Origin: Candidatus Hydrogenedens sp.
Lineage (GTDB): Bacteria > Hydrogenedentota > Hydrogenedentia > Hydrogenedentales > Hydrogenedentaceae
NCBI GenBank assembly: GCA_049968235.1
Contig: JBMFRC010000006.1
Location: forward strand, 64,001-128,000
Reading direction: 5' to 3'
Length of the DNA stretch: 64,000 nucleotides
In this document: positions 58,949 to 64,000 of the stretch, piece after piece
Layout: each line of letters starts with the position of its first letter
How positions within the stretch are numbered: the stretch's first letter is position 1
Made by a program: the position numbers and the translations under genes
Notes under the pieces: model-generated
Seen by the model: only the letters and a program-made list of their open reading frames with translations
What the model was told of the DNA's origin: nothing
Databases searched by the model: none

Positions 58949-60217
58949 ATGTTTGAACCTAAATATATTTCGTTATTAATTTTTATTTTATTGTATCTCC
59001 TGTTCTTCATCCTGCCTTCGCGTAGAAGTATTACTGCTATTATTGCATCTACTATTATCCTAATTACAGGAATAATGGCACCTACAGAATTTTTCTTAGC
59101 CATTAACTGGAATGTGATGGGTATTTTTGTAGGTATGCTTTTTCTTGCAGATATTTTTATTGATAGTCGCTGTCCTGCTTTCTTAGCCACTTATCTCATT
59201 CATAAAAAAATGAGCACGCCTGTTGCTTTATTAGTAATTTGTGGACTAGCTTCATTTATTTCTGCATTTGTAGAAAATGTTGCTACTGTTCTCATTATCG
59301 CTCCTATATGTTTTGAATTGGCAAAACGATTAAAAATTGACCCGCGTGAATTAATAATCGGTATTGCGATTTCGAGCAATTTACAGGGAACAGCAACTTT
59401 AATTGGAGACCCACCCAGTATGCTTTTAGCGGGGTATGTGCATCTTAACTTTTTAGATTTCTTTTTTTACCATGGTAAACCCGGAATTTTCTTTGCAATA
59501 CAGATAGGTGCTATTACTTCCTTAACTTTTCTTTACTGGACATTCAAAAAATATAAAAGTGAACAGGAAGTAAGTATTGAACCTATAAAATCGTGGATAC
59601 CTACTTTCCTTCTTTTATTGTTAATTTTCCTGCTTGCCCTTGCATCGTTTTTTGAAGAAAGTTTTTTCACATCCGCAGGATTTATTTGTATGGTAATTGC
59701 AGGTATAGGTCTTATCTGGGCAAAGTATACCAGTAAAATCTCTATAATAAATAGCATTAAAGAACTCGACTGGGACACTACTTTGTTTCTTCTTGGTGTA
59801 TTTATAATGGTGGGCACTTTAAATAAATTTGGCTGGACGAACGATATTGCAGAATTAATATACAAATATGTGGGAAATAATAAAATTGTGATATATTTTG
59901 CTCTTATCATTATATCCATTGTTTTATCTGGATTTATTGATAATGTCCCATATCTCGCAGCAATGCTACCTATTACAACAATCCTTGCAGAAAAAGGAGG
60001 TTTCAATCCTACCTTACTTTATTTCGGCTTGCTTATCGGTGCCAGTCTTGGAGGAAATATAACTCCTATTGGGGCATCAGCAAATATTGTGGGAACAGGG
60101 TTGCTAAAAAAGGAAGGCTATCCTGTATCATTTATGCAATGGATAAAAATTTCCATTCCATTTACCCTTATTGCGGTTATCCCCGCATCTATATTTGTTT
60201 TATTTATATGGTTATAG
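58949..60217 (+). CDS. ArsB/NhaD-superfamily anion/ion permease
   Basis: About 11-12 TM helices with internal twofold repeat. GDPPSMLLAGY and SLGGNITPIGASANIV loops typical of the ArsB/NhaD/CitMHS permease fold. Confidence 0.7.
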   Translation: MFEPKYISLLIFILLYLLFFILPSRRSITAIIASTIILITGIMAPTEFFLAINWNVMGIFVGMLFLADIFIDSRCPAFLATYLIHKKMSTPVALLVICGLASFISAFVENVATVLIIAPICFELAKRLKIDPRELIIGIAISSNLQGTATLIGDPPSMLLAGYVHLNFLDFFFYHGKPGIFFAIQIGAITSLTFLYWTFKKYKSEQEVSIEPIKSWIPTFLLLLLIFLLALASFFEESFFTSAGFICMVIAGIGLIWAKYTSKISIINSIKELDWDTTLFLLGVFIMVGTLNKFGWTNDIAELIYKYVGNNKIVIYFALIIISIVLSGFIDNVPYLAAMLPITTILAEKGGFNPTLLYFGLLIGASLGGNITPIGASANIVGTGLLKKEGYPVSFMQWIKISIPFTLIAVIPASIFVLFIWL

Positions 60218-60264
60218 GTAAGATAAAATTGAGCATTAATAAATTTCTATCAAGGAGTCTTGCT

Positions 60265-61347
60265 ATGCCATTATTCTGTTTGCTTATCTCTTCATGCGTT
60301 GTTCTACATAATCCTCCTATCCTATCAACTGAAGATTTCATATCAATAGTTCAAAATAGCGGGGGAACTGTAAACTATATTTTTGAAGATGAACGACCCT
60401 TCAAAGAATGCCATGCCTCTACAATAGTCGAAACAGCGGAAGGGAATATCCTATCCGCATGGTTTGGAGGAACAAAAGAAAAAAATCCAGATGTGGCTAT
60501 CTGGCTATCCCGATGGGACGGCAAAGAATGGACCACACCTAAAAAAATAGCCAAAGTACGTGAAGAAGCACATTGGAATCCTGTTCTATTCAAAGACCAG
60601 GATAATATTATCTATTTGTTTTTCAAGGTAGGGAAAGATGTACCCATTTGGTCCACTTATTGGATGAAAACAGAGGATAACGGAAAGACCTGGTCAGAAC
60701 CGATCGAACTGGTACCGGGTGATATTGGCGGTAGAGGTCCCGTAAAAAATAAACCTATCATCCTGCATGACGGGACATGGCTTGCTCCTGCTTCGACCGA
60801 AATTAAAGGTTGGCGTTGTTTTGCGGACAGGAGCAATGATAAAGGCGTAACATGGATACGAAGTGATGATTGGAATATCGAATCCTCCGGAATTCGTGGG
60901 AAAGGCGTTATCCAGCCTACTTTCTGGGAATCTCAGCCTAATTATGTTCATGCACTCATGCGTTCCACAGGTGGCTGTATTGCCCGCTGTGACTCAGAAG
61001 ATGGCGGAAAAACATGGGGAAAAGTTTATCGTACCGATTTGCCAAATAACAATAGTGGTATTGACCTTATCAAAAATACAGACGGCGTTCTCTGGTTAGT
61101 TTATAATCCCATCAGCGGGAACTGGGGACCTCGCAATTCTTTAATGTTTGCATATTCCAGAGATAATGGCAAAACATGGACAAATTTCGTTTATCTCGAA
61201 AAGAATTTAATCCCCACTCATGAATACTCTTATCCTGCCATTATTACCACACATAAAGGGATTGCTATTTCTTACACATGGCGTCGAGAACGAATAAAAT
61301 TCTGGGAAATCCCCAATGATGTCCTAAAAAAATATATAACCCTATAA
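60265..61347 (+). CDS. BNR/Asp-box repeat sialidase-like lipoprotein (exo-alpha-sialidase family)
   Basis: Start placed at ATG 60265 (AAGGAG RBS 7 nt upstream, lipobox LISSC) rather than the track start 60139 that overlaps the permease. Five Asp-box repeats (EDNGKTWSEP, SNDKGVTW, SEDGGKTWG, RDNGKTWTN, ...). Confidence 0.75.
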   Translation: MPLFCLLISSCVVLHNPPILSTEDFISIVQNSGGTVNYIFEDERPFKECHASTIVETAEGNILSAWFGGTKEKNPDVAIWLSRWDGKEWTTPKKIAKVREEAHWNPVLFKDQDNIIYLFFKVGKDVPIWSTYWMKTEDNGKTWSEPIELVPGDIGGRGPVKNKPIILHDGTWLAPASTEIKGWRCFADRSNDKGVTWIRSDDWNIESSGIRGKGVIQPTFWESQPNYVHALMRSTGGCIARCDSEDGGKTWGKVYRTDLPNNNSGIDLIKNTDGVLWLVYNPISGNWGPRNSLMFAYSRDNGKTWTNFVYLEKNLIPTHEYSYPAIITTHKGIAISYTWRRERIKFWEIPNDVLKKYITL

Positions 61348-61468
61348 TTTCTTCTATCCCTCTGCAAATGGATATTTACATCCACAACGAATAAATCCGT
61401 TGAAACAATTTGTTTTCTATTCGTGTCTTATATGAAACACAAAATTCTCATACTTTAAGGATTTTATC

Positions 61469-62782
61469 ATGCTTTCACAGACCCTAAAAATAACTTTCTT
61501 TTTTATTTTACTTCTTTGCTTGCTCTCCTTTCCTTATGCCTTTTCTGAACCTGTTTTCAAAGCAGGCTTTGCAATGGTAGATATTACCCCTCCTGCGGGC
61601 ATCCCAATGTGGGGGTATGGAGCAAGACATGATTTACCTTCCGAAGGTACAAAATATCCACTGAATTTCAAGGTTGTCGTATTTGATGATGGAACAAATC
61701 GTCTCGCTATTGGCGGATTGGATTTAGGTCGTTCACCTACACAATGGTCAATGGAAAAAATCACAGAACGCCTGAAAAAAGAATGTGGCGTTTCTTATGT
61801 CATGCTTGCCGGCTCACATACCCATCACGGACCTGTTATAGAACTAATAAATGAACCCAACTGTGGACAGGGTAAATTTGATAAAGCCATTCAATATGTT
61901 GACGAGCTCGAAAACAAGATTTGTACGGCAATATCCGAAGCAACAACAAGACTTATTCCCGCAAAAATTGGCTGGGCAAGTGAGCAAACTGACTTGAATC
62001 GCAATCGTGTATCAAAGAAACCGCAAAAAATGCGAGACCCGGAACTAACCATAATTCGGATAGATACAATAGATGGTAAACCTATTACAGCAATAATTAA
62101 TTTCTCTGCACACCCAGTACTCGATGATATATTTGACCGTCGCTGGAGTTCCGACTGGGCAGGTATTATGCAAAAAAGATTTGAAGAATTATTAAATGTC
62201 CCCTGTATATTCCTTCAAGGTTCCACAGGTGATATGTCGCCCAATACCAATGACCAACGAAAAGGAATGGTCGGATTTGGAAACGCTATCGGAGAATATT
62301 CCGCCGAACTTTATAAAAAAATATCAACAACTGTTCCTACACAACCACAAATACAATTCATATCTGAACGATTTACATACCCTTCCCGCATGGATACAAA
62401 CAATCCCCTCGTTATGGCTGTTTACAAACAAGGATTTTTCCCGGAACTTATCAACGCACTATTAAAAGAATTCTCCAATAACACTGTCTCCGTAACCTTA
62501 TCAACTGCCCTTATAAACAAAGAATTAGCACTTGTTGGTGGTTCCGGCGAATTCTTCTCTGGTCTTGCCATCCGTCTAAAAACCAATTCACCAGCAAAAA
62601 AGACAATATTCTTGGGATATTGCAACGGACATTCCCTTTACATCCCCACTGTAGAAGCGGTCGAAGAAGGTGGATACGGTGCCGACCCTATGTTTTCATG
62701 GGTCCCCCCAGGAACAGGTGAAAACCTAATAGACAAAGCCTGTGCAAACATCAAAGAAATGCTAACCCAAACTGCCAATTAA
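61469..62782 (+). CDS. Neutral/alkaline ceramidase-like secreted hydrolase
   Basis: Signal peptide. FAMVDITPPAGIPMWGYG and AGSHTHHGP motifs of the neutral ceramidase N-terminal catalytic domain. Confidence 0.65.
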   Translation: MLSQTLKITFFFILLLCLLSFPYAFSEPVFKAGFAMVDITPPAGIPMWGYGARHDLPSEGTKYPLNFKVVVFDDGTNRLAIGGLDLGRSPTQWSMEKITERLKKECGVSYVMLAGSHTHHGPVIELINEPNCGQGKFDKAIQYVDELENKICTAISEATTRLIPAKIGWASEQTDLNRNRVSKKPQKMRDPELTIIRIDTIDGKPITAIINFSAHPVLDDIFDRRWSSDWAGIMQKRFEELLNVPCIFLQGSTGDMSPNTNDQRKGMVGFGNAIGEYSAELYKKISTTVPTQPQIQFISERFTYPSRMDTNNPLVMAVYKQGFFPELINALLKEFSNNTVSVTLSTALINKELALVGGSGEFFSGLAIRLKTNSPAKKTIFLGYCNGHSLYIPTVEAVEEGGYGADPMFSWVPPGTGENLIDKACANIKEMLTQTAN

Positions 62783-63404
62783 TTTTACTTAGTTCGACAT
62801 TCAACAATCTCTAACAAAAAGCCCCATTTACATCCAGTAATTGTTTACACAATTAATAAATAAAACCTTATATCAAAACATCCCATTTTTTAAGCAGGGG
62901 CTTTTGGTATGCAAGCGTATTAATGTATAGGCGAAATTTTTTTGCCTCCCTCTCGGATAAATATTATTTTTTCATCGGGTATGTGAGAATATGCGTGTTG
63001 ATGCAATAAAAATGTCTGTATCACAATATTTTTTTATTCATTTATGCGTTTTTTAATTTATCTAGGACGGATTGATGTATATTTGCGTATTTATTAGTGC
63101 GAATGATTATTCGCCACTACATTTTTCTGTGTTCATGATAAATGCATCTTGTGGGAAATTCTATAAATTTGAATAGGGATTGCTGGTAAGGATTATATTG
63201 TTTTCGATAAGATAATCGAATAAAATTTATTAGATAGACAGAGGAAATAACATTAAAAGTCATAAAAAGAGGAATATATTAGGTCTCCACTAAGGGGATA
63301 AGTTTTAATTATCCATTTTGTTATCTATCTGGTCGCATTATTTTTTCTATCTATCCAATTTTGTTATATCTATCTCTCCTGTTTAACCCATTACAAAATA
63401 ATTA

Positions 63405-63436
63405 GCCCTTGTTGTTATTTTTTTTAGAACAAGGGC
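63405..63436 (-). terminator. Hairpin terminator downstream of pntB
   Basis: GCCCTTGTT / AACAAGGGC 9-bp GC-rich stem with 14-nt loop. On the minus strand it is followed by a TTATTTTGT U-rich tract. 26 nt after the pntB stop. Confidence 0.45.
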
Positions 63437-63461
63437 TATGAAATTTTGCGATGATATATTA

Positions 63462-64000
63462 TTACTCTTGTGCTTCTTTGAATTGATTAATGATTGCTGT
63501 TAAGGTTTGTTTAGCGTCTCCAAAAATCATGCGTGTATTTTCTTTGAAGAAGAGCGGGTTTTCTACGCCGGAGAAACCGGAAGCAAGAGACCGCTTTAAG
63601 ACAAAACAGGTTTTGGCATAATCTACATTAATAATAGGCATTCCGTAGATGGCACTCTTGGGGTCTTCTCTTGCGGAGGGATTAACAACATCGTTTGCAC
63701 CGACTACGATACAAACATCTATCGTGTCAATTATCGGATTAATATCATCCATCTCCAGCAATTGGTCATAAGGGACATTGGCTTCTGCTAATAGGACATT
63801 CATGTGTCCTGGCATACGACCGGCAACAGGGTGAATGGCGTATTTTACTTCCGCTCCATTTTTTTCTAATAGGTCTGCTAATTCTTTTACTACATGTTGT
63901 GCTTGTGCAACTGCCATGCCATAGCCCGGAACAAAAACTACAGAACGAGCTGCTTCCAATACGAAATAGGCATCTTCAGGTGTTAATGCTTTCACTTCAC
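63462..64000 (-). CDS. pntB: NAD(P) transhydrogenase subunit beta (PntB), C-terminal NADP(H)-binding dIII domain; gene continues beyond window end
   Basis: VVFVPGYGMAVAQAQH...HPVAGRMPGHMNVLLAEANVPY...VVGANDVVNP are the hallmark dIII motifs. The ORF is open to the window edge and full PntB has an N-terminal TM domain. Confidence 0.85.
   Translation of the reverse strand, partial: EVKALTPEDAYFVLEAARSVVFVPGYGMAVAQAQHVVKELADLLEKNGAEVKYAIHPVAGRMPGHMNVLLAEANVPYDQLLEMDDINPIIDTIDVCIVVGANDVVNPSAREDPKSAIYGMPIINVDYAKTCFVLKRSLASGFSGVENPLFFKENTRMIFGDAKQTLTAIINQFKEAQE

Noticed and set aside
1-64000. CRISPR arrays, transposases, integrases, phage genes or toxin-antitoxin pairs
   Set aside because: There are no regularly spaced direct repeats with unique spacers. 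None of the ORFs has DDE/HTH-transposase, tyrosine/serine recombinase or phage structural motifs. The tandem repeats found are in-frame coding (xEGx) repeats.

Overview
This is an AT-rich (about 35% GC), gene-dense chromosomal segment from an anaerobic bacterium of uncertain phylum, with about 55 protein genes, one tRNA and no obvious mobile elements or CRISPR. 

Main content, in order:
- **284..7160 (minus strand):** a complete group 3d bidirectional NAD(P)-linked [NiFe] hydrogenase operon, hoxF-hoxU-hoxY-hoxH-hoxW, followed on the same strand by a receiver-only response regulator and a 7-TM sensor histidine kinase.
- **7546..11906 (plus strand):** a housekeeping block, ybaB-fmt-rsmB-(kinase-less PASTA protein)-rpe.
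- **11980..21331:** a cell-surface cluster with a lipoprotein, an FGE/SUMF1-family protein, a 1127-aa SBBP beta-propeller protein with an Ig domain and proprotein-convertase P-domain, a D-Ala-D-Ala carboxypeptidase and a large hybrid PAS histidine kinase.
- **21328..30182:** rnhA, an ankyrin protein, the Memo-like AmmeMemoRadiSam protein B, Nif3, glgA, tsaE, two tandem DUF502 proteins, a Trm112-like protein, tatA and glnS.
- **30324..35957:** an 1877-aa multidomain surface protein with SBBP repeats, beta-helix, DUF5011 Ig-like domains, TSP3 Ca-binding repeats, a CarboxypepD_reg domain and a C-terminal PASTA domain.
- **35975..48615:** mltG, ruvX, an aldo/keto reductase, tRNA-Met(CAT), xth, a PduO-type adenosyltransferase, araD, dus, thiC, valS and an M50 protease.
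- **50245..53840 (minus strand):** a five-gene operon resembling the poorly understood hfs cluster. It is DRTGG, then a GHKL-kinase/2x[4Fe-4S]/degenerate [FeFe]-hydrogenase H-domain fusion, then DRTGG-like, PHP and GHKL ATPase. The fusion is the most unusual element in the window. A UshA-like 5'-nucleotidase lies just upstream.
- **55561..64000:** Hsp20, a Tat-exported aldo/keto reductase, two tandem hemerythrins, an ArsB/NhaD-type permease, a BNR sialidase-like lipoprotein, a neutral-ceramidase-like protein, a 680-bp ORF-free AT-rich region with TATCTATC-type repeats, and the 3' end of pntB.

Two adjacent secreted proteins share a roughly 95-aa tandem Cys-containing module. Three loci carry 12-nt 'xEGx' tandem coding repeats.
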